A stretch of 64,000 bases of DNA, taken from Balanoglossus misakiensis (taxonomy: Eukaryota > Animalia > Hemichordata). The DNA lies in contig CM082596.2 of the NCBI GenBank assembly GCA_040954595.2, positions 7,580,468 to 7,644,467 of the forward strand, in the 5' to 3' direction. The notes under the pieces are model-generated. The model did not search any database. It was not told the origin of the DNA and saw nothing but the letters and a program-made list of their open reading frames with translations. The position numbers and the translations under genes were made by a program. Of this stretch, positions 39,060 through 50,160 are shown in pieces (position 1 is the stretch's first letter; each line of letters begins with the position of its first letter).

Positions 39060-42000
39060 TCATTCCTGTCCCGTGTTTTTGTTCCATTCTTTGTTGCGAA
39101 GATTATATCGAAGTATCTTGCCTGTAACATTCTTGGGTAATTCATCTAAGAACTCGATCTGTGAACAAACCAATTGTGCCAAAAAAACCTAAGACAGACT
39201 TATAATAATACAATCCAGTAGTATTCGAATAAACACGCACATTTCTGAGAAATGGACACACCCTTTGGACTTCTCCTTTGCTAAACGGTTGAGGGCGCAT
39301 TAGTGAAGAGCCTTGTAGCGAACCGTGGGCTGTGAGAGTCTAGGTTGAGAGCGTAAGTGCCAATCTCCCGACTTCATGGCAAACGAACATCGTGTGTAAA
39401 GATGAATACAAAAAGAAATTAACAAAACTGACCTGTCTGGGGTATTTGTACGGCGCTGTTACCTTCTTCACATGGTCTTGTAATTCTTTGATCAGTTCAA
39501 CTTCATCACGGTCTCTGTGTTGCAAGGATCGGACCACGAAGGCCTTCACAATCTGTGTGAGTAACCATGACAGCCAAAAAAGTGAGAAAAGTTAAAATGT
39601 TAACAACCTCCTGACACAAGATGAAACCAAACATCCGGGCATTATACAAAAAAGCAAGTTCGTTCCTACCTCGCCTCGTATTTCATCGGGGCTACTGACA
39701 ACTGCTGACTCAGCTACCGCAGGGTGCTCCAAGAGGGCGCTCTCCACTTCAAACGGACCAATTCGATATCTGACGAATACAATCGGTGATTAAAAGTACA
39801 GTAGCCATTTTACTTTATATCTTGCAAGCTTAAATCCCTCAAATCAGAAGTTTGGATATATAGTTACCGTCTAAAAATATGATGCTTGTTTAAAATCGTC
39901 CTTATTTGCATAACTTCCTTGAAGTTGTACACGTCTTGTGAAAATATTGGTAGGGCGTAAAACATGAGCACTGTATGTAGCTTGAAAGAAGTGGAAATTT
40001 ATTTGGATGCTCACATTTAAAGGGACAAAGTCTCTCTCGCTGCCCTTTAATTATGTTTGATACAAGACACTGTTTATGTTATTCTACATGTATATATGTA
40101 GTAAATGAACGTTCAACCACACACAACTTCCATCCCACTTGTAAAACAAAAAACAACTCGCCCAAAAATGAATAAATGGTAGAGACCGATTATTCATTTT
40201 GACGAGTTTTTCACTCTCATGTCTACAAATGGGATGGAAGGTGTGTGTGGTTAAAAGTTCATTCACTATATATCCACATTTACATACCGGTAAATATAAA
40301 CGGTGTCTTGTATCAAACATAAATAATGGTAAAATGGCAGCGAGAGAGAGCTGACTTTGTCGCTTTAAAAAAAATCAAAACATTTGCATCATGCTTTCAC
40401 GAAGTACAAACGGCTTTAGTATATTATTTTGTCTGTGTATGGTTTGATCAAAACACTGTGAATGTGTCGTTACCCGGCTGATATGATGACATCATCAGCT
40501 CTGCCAACAAACCAGAAGTAGTCGTCTTGGTCTTTGTAACCCTTGTCACCTGTGAGGTAATAGTCGCCCGTATAAGCCGCCGCTGTGCGTTCTTCATCGC
40601 CCTGGGGTGGTGCGATAATGGAAATGAGGAAACTTGTAAATGAGACTACAGATTGAGGATTAGCCATGCAAACGCTGAAATGGTTCAGTAAAATGTTCAA
40701 TCCATTTGTGATGTGACCACAGGGGCTCTCCCTCCGCGATTTTATTGTTTGTTTGTTTGTTTGTTTGTTTGTTTGTTGTTGTTGATTGGCATAATAAACA
40801 GATACATATTTCTTTATTAATAAATATGGTTTGTTGACATGAAAGGGTTAGGCTATATTCAACGGTTAGGGTTAGTGTTGGTATTTATTTATTATGCCAA
40901 TCAACAACAATAACAACAAACAAACAATAAAATCGCGGAGGGAGAGCCCCCTGTGATGTGACGTGTTTGTTGAGTCTCAATTTGTGTCATACTGCTGGGA
41001 AAGTTTTTGTGGTTCAGTTGGTTGGTGCAGACGTATTTTCCGTACATCAAATAAAAGATACCAACCAGATATCGTGTAAACATGGGTGGCCTCTTTGGTT
41101 TGACCTTCACGGCGATATGACCTTCCTCATTGGGAGGCAGTTCATTTCCTTCGTCATCCACTATTCGAACATCCATTCCCGGGGCGGCAACCCCCATGGA
41201 ACCTAATCGTTCCTTCACCCCAGGAAATGTTCCACATATTAGAATCTGCAAAATTGTCAAATAAAGAAACATCATTAAAGCCACCCCCACCACAACTGTA
41301 ACCGTCATCATCATAATTATAATTTTTCTTCCTGGTGACATCTAAATTCAATTGAAGACACACGTGTTAAGAATTTCACTTCAGCAAATGTAGCATTGCA
41401 ACTCACAGTTTCTGTTTGACCGTATCCGTCATTGATAGTCATCCCAGTTGCCTTTTTCCAAACACGAACAACTTCTGGATTCTAGAAGAGAACAGACACT
41501 GGTTTATAGAAGGACAATGAAATGTGTATCCCAAAGAATGATTTCGTTTTAAAGGGACAAAGTCTCTCTCTCGCTGCCTCTTTTCCAGTAATTATGTTTG
41601 ATACAAGATACCGTTTATGTAATTCTACATGTGGATACATAATGAATTAATGTTCGACCACACACAACTTCCATCCCGTTTGCAGGATATGGGAGTAAAA
41701 CTCCCGCCAAAATGAATAATCGGTCTCTACCATTTATTTGGCGAGGTGTAAACTACTTCACAAGCCAAATCTGTGATTTTCTTACTTCTTACCAGTGGTT
41801 CACCTGCGCAAATTGTCCGGCGAAGATGTGGAAAGTTGAAACGTGAGGGATCTTCTTGAACCATCATACGGAGTGCTGTCGGTGGGGCGTAGAACACGGT
41901 GACAGGATACTGCTGCAAAACCTGAATATAATACCCACAAAATGAGCTGAATTAAAATTGAGCAATTTGGGTTCAACGACAACGTACAGGTGCTGACTAT

Positions 42001-45000
42001 ATATAAAGTGAATGCGAGGAAGTTGCTATCATTTGGCCATTATTTTATGTGAGAAATCCGTATATGGAATCTGGCTGCCTTAAATAGGTTTTCACTTTGC
42101 GCTAAGGGGTCAAATCACATTGCATTCAGGGCGAAAAGTCGACAACCCGCTGTAGTAAGAGATAGAAGAAATGATATGTTTTCATGACTTCCTTCGGTCA
42201 AACATGTCTGTCTTTGTAGTTAGCATATTATCAAACTCATTAAACTTTTTTCACATTTTGTTCTTTTTCAAGTTGTTAAAAATGTTTCAGAATGACCCAT
42301 CATCACTTTAGCTTATGAACTCCCATTTCTTAAACGTGGCAAAAATCGGCCATCTTGAAATTGTGTCGACCATATAAGATTGTCATCACGCACTTAGGTA
42401 GCTTAAAACCTATTTAAGGTAGGGAGAAATAGCAGCATAGGCTTTTTATTTATGTCGTTGATGTTGATTTGGTTATAAGACCTAATGTAATGTGAATACC
42501 TGCAGTGTATGAACAGAACTGAACTTGGGGCAGTGGTGAGAGAACACGCAAGCACCATAAATCCAAGAGGCATAAATGAGAGTGAACGAAGCCATTGCCC
42601 ACCCAGTGTCTGTCAGTGCGTAGAATACATCTTGACTTGTCAGATCCATATAGTACCTGTAATGGGACAACTTCAACTATTAAAGGGACAATGTCTCTCC
42701 CTCGCTGCCCTTTTTCCATATATTATGTTTGATACAAGACACTGTTTATGTTATTCTACATGTGGATATACATGTATAGTGAATGAACGTTCGACCACAC
42801 ACAACTACCATCCCACTTGTGTACATGAGAGTGAAAAACTCACCAAAATGAATAATCAGTCTCTACCGTTTATTCATTTTGGTGCGATTTTTACTCTCAT
42901 ATCCTACAAGCGGGATAGAAGATGTTAGTGGTTGAATGTTGATTCTCTATACATCCACATGTAGAATATTTAACATAAACGGTGTCTTGTATCAAACATA
43001 TTTTATGGGAAAAGGGCAGCGAGTGAGAGACTTTGTCCCTTTAAAGACACACCAGCTTTATCAGAGAAAAAAATGAAATAAAGGCTATGACAGCAGCATT
43101 TCACTGTCAACAATAATACAGATTCGGAAACAAAATGAGTACCCGTAGCAACTTTCTGTAAAACACTTCCCAAGGATTTATTATTGTTCCATCATTGCTC
43201 TCATCGTCGTTAGTGTATCTACTTATTTTTTTGAATATATGAACTTGGTAATGGGGTAGACAATTATGTCATCTCTCATGGGAAATTTGAAGCACTGGAG
43301 ACAAGAGAATGGACAGACGCCAGGAATCGTTTTTCTCTGTGAAAAAGTAAAAATGGATCTTACTTTCCGGTGACTATGTGTCCTATGCCATAGCTGGCCT
43401 GAGTGTGTTCAACCATCTTTGGTTTTCCAGTAGTTCCACTGGTGAAAAAGACCAACATGGAATCACCACTTTTTGTTTGAACCGCCTAGATGGAGAAATT
43501 AAAAAAAAAGACATATTACTTCAATGAAACATACTTAAACCAGACCCTGTCTAATCTGGAAACCTGTCTATATATGTATCGAACGTCTTCTCCTGTCCAT
43601 TTGACATATCAAAGAACTCTATATACTCTATAAAACTGGACACCCCTGCAAACCAAACAATTTGTTTAGTCCCTTAGGTGTTCAGTTTAGACAGGTTTTA
43701 CTATGTAAGGTATTAAAGCGCCGTAGCTCGTCTCACACGCATGTTCCAACTGTAGCCGCTGGTTACGGACGTTTAGTGAACAGTCAATCCCATAAGGCAG
43801 TGCTCTGTCCTAACAACAGAGAAGATGGCGGCGACCATAATCTGTGTCGGAGATCGGGAAAAGACACTAGCTTGGGTGAAAAGGAGTGACAAAACCAGAA
43901 TCTACTTATACAGTGCGCATGAAATATGGAAGGAAGCGAAGGCAGTCCACTATTTGAATGGAAGTTACGCACATGCACGTGAGACGATCTATTGCTGGGA
44001 GAAAACCCCTTCAGTTCTAGAATACATTCATCTCTCTATCAACCAGCGCATATTAGGATTTCCATGCAAATTTGTAATGCCAATAGAGAACATTACTGTT
44101 TCAATCAAATGAGTTTGAATTGACTTACCTCAAAATTATCCTCTGCTTTCTCATACAGTTCATGGAAATGGAGCCAGCCAGACCTGATCAATACAAACAA
44201 GTAAAAATGACAATCAACATTTCCATGTTTATATACTTGTAATGAAAAATTAACCATCCTAGGGCCTTTATGCATTTAATATCCTGAAATTTCAGGGATT
44301 TTTTATGGCATCGCTGGATCTTATCAGATTTTGCGTACCGGTACTCAATTTTGTATCCCTTTTTCAAATGAATTCAACTTAACTTGCATTTTTTGCTGCT
44401 AATTACAACACACTTTGCCTAATTGATTTGAATTATGTACTTTGCTCAAGATCCCTCAACCAATTCATACCTTCTCTCTTCTTTGTCTTTTGGTATGAGA
44501 AGTTTACATCGTACATCAGGACAGCGTTCGATAACCTGCAATTGCAAAATAAGCGTTTATACACATACTGGTACACCTGTCGATGTACAAATAATCAGTG
44601 AGTTGGCAATTGTGCTTGATTGCTCTCCCGGGTTGCTCTACTGAAAACTACCGGTACAAGCCAATTTGATAGCTATGTTCAACAAAAAATAAAAGTCAAT
44701 TTAATCTCTGAGCAACATTGTATCATTGTACATCTATGTTCGTAGAAAACTGACTGCAAGAAGTCGTTTTACCTGGTCCACCAACAGTGCATGCTCGCTG
44801 TCAGTTACGATTGCAGTTGCCTTGGAAACAGTTAATCTATATTCAATGTCAGCAGCCCTCAATTGGGGAGAACCAGGGCAAATAACAGCACCTTTGAATT
44901 GAAAAAAATAAAAAAGATGGTATACAGATTGACTTCGACGTCGTGTAATAGTATCTTGGAAAGATAGTTTCCATTATACTCTCATCAGAATACTATAGAC

Positions 45001-46763
45001 TTAAAAGTTAAAGGCAATAGATCGTCTCACGCGCATGCGCGTAACTTCCCAGAAAAATTTCCTTTCGATGCATTCAAATAGTGGACTGCCTTCGCTTCTT
45101 TCCATATTTCATGCGCACCGTATAAGTAGATTCTGCTTTTGTCCCTCCTTTTCACCCAAGCTGGTGTCTTTTCCCGATCTCCGACACAGATTGTGGTCGC
45201 CGCCATCTTCTCTGCTGTTAGGACAGAGCACTGCCTTATGGGATTGACTGTTCACTAAACGTCTGTAACCAGCGGCTACAGCTGGAACAGGCGTGTGAGA
45301 CGAGCTAGGCGCTTTAACTCACCAATTCTGACACCACCAAGCTGCACAAGCCACCATTCGGGAACCCGCTCTAAGATGAGAATTATTTTGTCGCCTTTTG
45401 TCAAACTACAATCTTGAGTCAGTAGATTTGCTGTCCTAAGCATGACAAAATAAGCAGAAAAGTGGTAAAAGGTCATCAAATTCAAAATGTCATTTTAAGA
45501 AACAGAGAATAAATAACAAAGTTTTACTTTGGTGTTTTTATTTAAAAAAATACTTTGAAATATAACCACAAATTTGTCATAAACATTACAGAATGGAGGA
45601 AAATTGGCAGATCTGTACCTTTTAGACTTGGTGCTGACGTCTTGGAAAGTCCACTTAATTTCATCGCCAGCATCGTTTGCCCAGTGCAGAGCAGGTATCG
45701 TGGCATCACGTTCTCCGGTCTGTTGGAGAAGTATAATTATGGGGGGTCACACAGGCACCATTAAGACGGTCCTGAAGCGTCTCAGATTAGAAACCGTCTT
45801 TAAAAATCTTGTGTGGATGGCTCAGATTTGAGATGGCTTTACTGGCCAGACCTGAGCCAGTGTAAGGATTAACACCTCTCCGCAACCCATTGTCAATGGG
45901 GCCGAGCCTCAGCGCCTATACATAAACTTTGTGTGTGTGGACACAACGCGACTCAAAGGATTTAAATGCTCTGTGTTTAATACCATAGGCAAAAAGTGTC
46001 TCAATTTTTTCCCCTGTCTGAACCTGGTAAATAAGTCAATGCCATAACCTGACTTATGTGACTTGCAACAGCTACTAGCACATGTAGATCTGAGGTCGAA
46101 TGTCACTGACTTAAAATTATCGGGAGAGCTGAGCCTCTTTCATGACCCTTTTGTCCTAGCTGTCATTCTGTTGTTTGTCGACTGCTCGGATGACTGGCTG
46201 GATGGAGTACGTCCAATCTTTTTACGTCCATGGTCCAATAGATTTACATGTACTTCAACATGTAAAGAGGTCATGGTCGGTGTGACTTTCATGAGAGTCT
46301 TAAGTTTACCATTTGGTTAATTATCTGATGAGCATTCAGATTTATCTCACAAAGTTAAGAGAGTAAACTGCCAACCATGTAAAAAAATCAAATGTGTGTT
46401 AATTAGTGGCGGGCTGTTACTTACCTGTTCTTTCTCGGTCCACCTGTCAACTACATCGGTTGCAAAATTGAAGTATTCCGGGATTTCCCACTTGAAGTTT
46501 TCCCTCTCCTTTTGGAAATCAGTGCATCCGGTTGCTGACGCTCCAGTGCAGTCAGACCTGAGGTGTTGCATTCGAGGATGCAAAGACATGACGTGGGATT
46601 TTGCTTGCCTGCTTCCACCCAAACACGGGAAATTCCTGATGTTATTGTTGGCGGTGGCGATAGCCCCAGTCCGGACGCCAAGATTCCAATTGCTGTGATA
46701 ATGACGAATTATTGTTTGTAATGAAAACGATCGAATGTGCACTATTAGTTCTGGCATTGGCAT
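39060..46763 (-). CDS. ACSM: Medium-chain acyl-CoA synthetase (ACSM-like, probably mitochondrial), 15 coding exons
   Basis: Exons at about 46763-46425, 45719-45619, 45435-45323, 44891-44773, 44535-44471, 44183-44129, 43485-43363, 42656-42500, 41921-41793, 41481-41408, 41246-41067, 40601-40474, 39769-39670, 39553-39434 and 39158-39060. Motifs: [88 protein letters not shown]. Confidence 0.92.
40021..40364. mobile_element. TTAA-flanked fold-back MITE (family A)
   Basis: ttaa-agggacaaagtc ... gactttgtcgct-ttaa. The two halves are inverted copies over most of the length. Confidence 0.8.
40718..40955. mobile_element. MITE with CACAG...CTGTG ends and 7-bp TSD ATGTGAC
   Basis: atgtgac-cacaggggctctccctccgcgattttattgtttg ... 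caaacaataaaatcgcggagggagagccccctgtg-atgtgac. Confidence 0.85.
41553..41742. mobile_element. Family A MITE, half copy
   Basis: ttaa-agggacaaagtctctctctcgctgcc..atgtttgatacaaga..aatgaataatcggtctctac. Confidence 0.75.
42684..43040. mobile_element. TTAA-flanked fold-back MITE (family A)
   Basis: ttaa-agggacaatgtctctc ... gagagactttgtccct-ttaa. Confidence 0.85.
43717..43995 (-). mobile_element. Non-autonomous element family B, copy 1
   Basis: Reverse complement of 45012-45313. The ORF-track peptides at 43784-43978(-) and 45035-45247(+) are nearly identical. Confidence 0.8.
45012..45313 (+). mobile_element. Non-autonomous element family B, copy 2, TTAA on both sides
   Basis: ttaa-aggcaatagatcgtctcacgcgc ... 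gcgtgtgagacgagctaggcgct-ttaa. Confidence 0.8.
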
Positions 46764-47548
46764 AATGATACGTACGTGTCTGCATTGATCTAAAAAAGCT
46801 GTAGTTTTGGCAAGTTGTGTGTGGTCGAATGTTGATTCACTATATACATCGGTTTCTAGTCACTTCGACCCCTGACCGTTTCGACCCCCGCCACCTATGG
46901 TCACCTCGACCCCCAGACTAACTTCGACCCCCTATGAATTCATTCGGCAATGAAACAAACTGAGTGGCGTGAATGTGTTATAAGTACGTCACCAGGTTCG
47001 TTTGAACGTGGTTGAATGTTGGTTGACTTAAAGGTCTCATGCCATGCCCTATACAACCACGCGTAAAATCACTATTTGGGTCTTGAAGTTAACGTATGTT
47101 ACTGTCTTGCAATGCGTTTTGCCCCTTGTGCTTAGATAACAGGCAAGTAAAAGTGGCGGGTGGGCGTGTACCCCTAACCCAACTCAGTCGAGTTTTTTCG
47201 GCTTTTCGAAGTTCAGTAGAAGGCTTATCTTGATGTGGACAAATAGTCTTTCACACCTTCGCAAATCCTCTGCCTGTAATGTGAAACAAGGGCTTCCTTT
47301 GCTTTGAACACTGTTTATATAGCTTGTCTTTGTCTGTGGACTTAATTACGCATGGACCGCTAATTACACCATACTGTTAGCAGAATGGTACACTACTACG
47401 TAGTGTACTTGTTTGTCCATATGCAAATACCTTCGCCTGGCTCGAGTGCGAAGTGGCTCCCTGATCACAGGCATGAAAAAAGGGGGCAAATTCCGGCATT
47501 CGCGCACATTTTTCGGAACCGACACAATAGGCAATGCATAGACAAGTA

Positions 47549-49307
47549 CAGACCCGCCAATAAGTATTTACGCACCCACGTTCTGCAGCGAAAACGTTTC
47601 AAAAACATGAAATAACACACCTTGCAGACAGTTTTCACGAGAAACAACAGTTGTACAGCGAAAATCTTTCATGTGCGATTAAATTTGAGCGAGAAATATT
47701 GACGTAAATATAGATATGCGGCGGAGTCGGCGAAACGTTCCATTCTCTATGGGAACAACAATGCAAAGAACGTCATGAATATTCATGAGGTGAAATCGAA
47801 CGTAACAACTGTCAATAATGGGTATGTCCACCCCTTCTCCTGATGACCTCTCGCAGGCGCTTCGGCATAGTGTCGACGAGTTTCCGACACATATTTTGCT
47901 GGAATTGTTCCCAAGATGTTACAATGCGGTCAAACAGGTCGTCGATGCTGTGAATTGGACGGGAATGAACGTCCAAGTCGATTAACTCCCACATGTTCTC
48001 GATGGGGCTCAAATCTGGAGACTGGGCTGGCCACTCCAACGTAGTAAAATTGTCAAACGGATAGCCGTAATCCTGGGGATTTTGCAGAAATGATTTCACA
48101 ACCAAGGCAGTATGTACAGGGGCATTATCCTGCTGGAACACAAAATCGGGCCCGACGAGTCTCAAAGCCGATGGTAACATTTCGTTTTGTAGAACGTCCA
48201 GGTACTTCCAGCGATTCATGGTGTTCTCGACTCGAACGAGCGAACCCACACCTGCAGCCGAGAAACACCCCCAAACCATAACACTGCCACCACCAAACTT
48301 TACTGTGGGACTGATACAGTCAATTTCGTACTCCTCGCCAGGTCGCCGTCTAACAAAAACTCTCCCCCGGCTCCTATACACGGTGAACTTAGACTCGTCT
48401 GACCAAACAACCCGGGACCACTGAACAGGTGTCCAGTTCACATAACGTCGGGCGAAACGTAGTCGCGCTGCGATATGCCGGGGTTGTAACTTCGGCTTTT
48501 TTTTGGCCACACATCCACGGAGTCTGGCTCCTCTATACAATCGGGATTTGATTGTGCTCATACTCAAAAGTTTCCCGGCATCCTCGTGAAACTTAGCGCG
48601 GAGGTCACGGGCCGTCTTAAACCTGTCCGTCAGGCTTGATCTAATCAACATTCGGTCTTCCCGTTCCGTTGTTCGCCTTGGCCGTCCAGATCGGTGTAAA
48701 TTGTCCGTGCTACCATTTTGAACAAGTTTCCGAATGTTGTACCTGACGCTGCCTTCGGTGATTCCAAGCTGCCTTGCGATTTCTCGGTTTCTCAAACCTT
48801 GCCTATGCAGTGCCTCAATTTGACCTTTCACAAATTCAGGAAGTTCGCGAACTTTGGGCATGGTTTCATTGATCCAATGTTTACAAACAAAAATTATGCA
48901 GCAACCTCCGACGACCTCGATCAGAATATTCATAAGCAAGTCTGGCAGATTTTCCCGCCCCCAAATTTAATCGTAATTATATTTAAAAGCTCTGATTGGT
49001 GGAGATTTAAATATGAATAGAGGGAAATTAGCCACGGAAACAATGGCGCGAAAAGTTAATGAGATGCAAATGATATGTTAATGAGTATACCGCCATTGCA
49101 ATAACCATAGGAATTTTCACTGGCCGGAAAACTCGCCGCGTATACAGTCAAATTCGGCGCGGCAACACATCTGTGTTGACTAAAATGGGTTAAACCTTCC
49201 GTAGGTTATTTATTTTCGGAAATAAGTTACAGTCGATCGATTTTGTGAATAATTTTTCATGTCAAACGTACATTTTCAAGGTGCGTAAATACTTATTGGC
49301 GGGTCTG
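47549..49307 (-). mobile_element. Intact Tc1-like DNA transposon, 1759 bp
   Basis: Perfect 28-bp TIR cagacccgccaataagtatttacgcacc at 47549-47576 and 49280-49307, TA on both sides, and one intact transposase ORF. Confidence 0.95.
47812..48861 (-). CDS. Tc1-family transposase (HTH + DDE, DD42E spacing)
   Basis: Probable start MPKVREL at ATG 48861; the ORF track extends to 48939. HTH REIARQLGIT, RSGRPR, WSDESKF, GGGSVMVWGC, FQQDNAPVH, WPAQSPDLSPIENMW, and C-terminal GGHTHY. Confidence 0.93.
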   Translation of the reverse strand: MPKVRELPEFVKGQIEALHRQGLRNREIARQLGITEGSVRYNIRKLVQNGSTDNLHRSGRPRRTTEREDRMLIRSSLTDRFKTARDLRAKFHEDAGKLLSMSTIKSRLYRGARLRGCVAKKKPKLQPRHIAARLRFARRYVNWTPVQWSRVVWSDESKFTVYRSRGRVFVRRRPGEEYEIDCISPTVKFGGGSVMVWGCFSAAGVGSLVRVENTMNRWKYLDVLQNEMLPSALRLVGPDFVFQQDNAPVHTALVVKSFLQNPQDYGYPFDNFTTLEWPAQSPDLSPIENMWELIDLDVHSRPIHSIDDLFDRIVTSWEQFQQNMCRKLVDTMPKRLREVIRRRGGHTHY

Positions 49308-50006
49308 TACCTTAGGTGAGCTTTTGATGTGGAAAAATGAAAACTTTCCAAAGCATGACATGAGACCTTTATATCCACATGTAGAATAACACAAGGGGTG
49401 TCTTATATCAAACATAATTAATGGAAAAGGGGCAGCGAGAGAGAGACTAGAAGCAGAGTAATAACCGTCAATAAATATTGCATTAAAAGAATTTAAATAG
49501 CTCAACTTACTCTTTAATCCAAATTAAGGTACAGTACGAACTGAATCCAGAGTTGCAATCGTCCTCACTGCTGGTGCAGCTACAAGTGAACAGCCAATGC
49601 AGAGATCAAGACAATACAAATGTATTCAGTACACCCACAATGACCTTCTCATTTAAATGTGACAGTGTCCATTGTCTTCTTTTGTTCTCCCCATGGTATC
49701 AACTTAAATTGCATAACAGTGTTATGATAATGAGTTTCTACTTTTCCCTTGGAATTAATTGTTCAGGGAAGAACACTCTCTTTCATATGCAAATTAAGAG
49801 CACATTGAGGGAGACCCCATTGCCATGAAATGATTGACACAATCATTAAATGACACGAACAGGTAGTCTGGTCCCCTGTCCCATTCCCACCGCTATCATG
49901 CGGAGGGGTGTGGTTAACAATCCAAACGGACTGACACACTTTGTATAAAGAGAATTTCAGTGCTTTTCAGAAATCATTTTCAAGTCTTATTTTTGATTTA
50001 TTTGTG

Positions 50007-50160
50007 AGGTGGACCGTTCCTGGAGGTACTGCAATACCAGGTCGATCCGTGGCCAGGACGGAGCAAGCCCCTATTCCATGGCCCGTTTTCAAAAATCAGT
50101 TTAATATCGAGCTGCTCGGTGAGCAGCGTATCAGATATTAAGCTGATAAGAACAGATACT
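50007..50160 (-). ncRNA. RNU2: U2 snRNA, 3' portion (from about nt 35 to the end)
   Basis: Minus strand reads AGTATCTGTTCTTATCAGCTTAATATCTGATACG..ATTAAACTGATTTTTG (Sm site)..GGAATAGGGGCTTGCTCCGTCC..CGACCTGGTATTGCAGTACCTCCAGGAACGGTCCACC, which follows the known metazoan U2 sequence. Confidence 0.96.

Larger units (their letters stand above)
47031..49369. mobile_element. About 580-bp non-autonomous TIR element that hosts the Tc1 insertion and itself interrupts a family A MITE
   Basis: ta-aaggtctcatgccatgc ... gcatgacatgagacctt-ta (17-bp TIR, one mismatch). The flanks gtggttgaatgttggttgact and tatccacatgtagaata..gcagcgagagagact rejoin as the right arm of family A. Confidence 0.75.

Noticed and set aside
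38417-39127. 236-aa ORF as a standalone gene
   Set aside because: It runs through an intronic microsatellite. Only its last part is of interest and is treated under the dual-frame exon finding.
43784-45247. Two near-identical small ORFs on opposite strands as a duplicated micro-gene
   Set aside because: Both lie within copies of the same TTAA-flanked non-autonomous element in ACSM introns.
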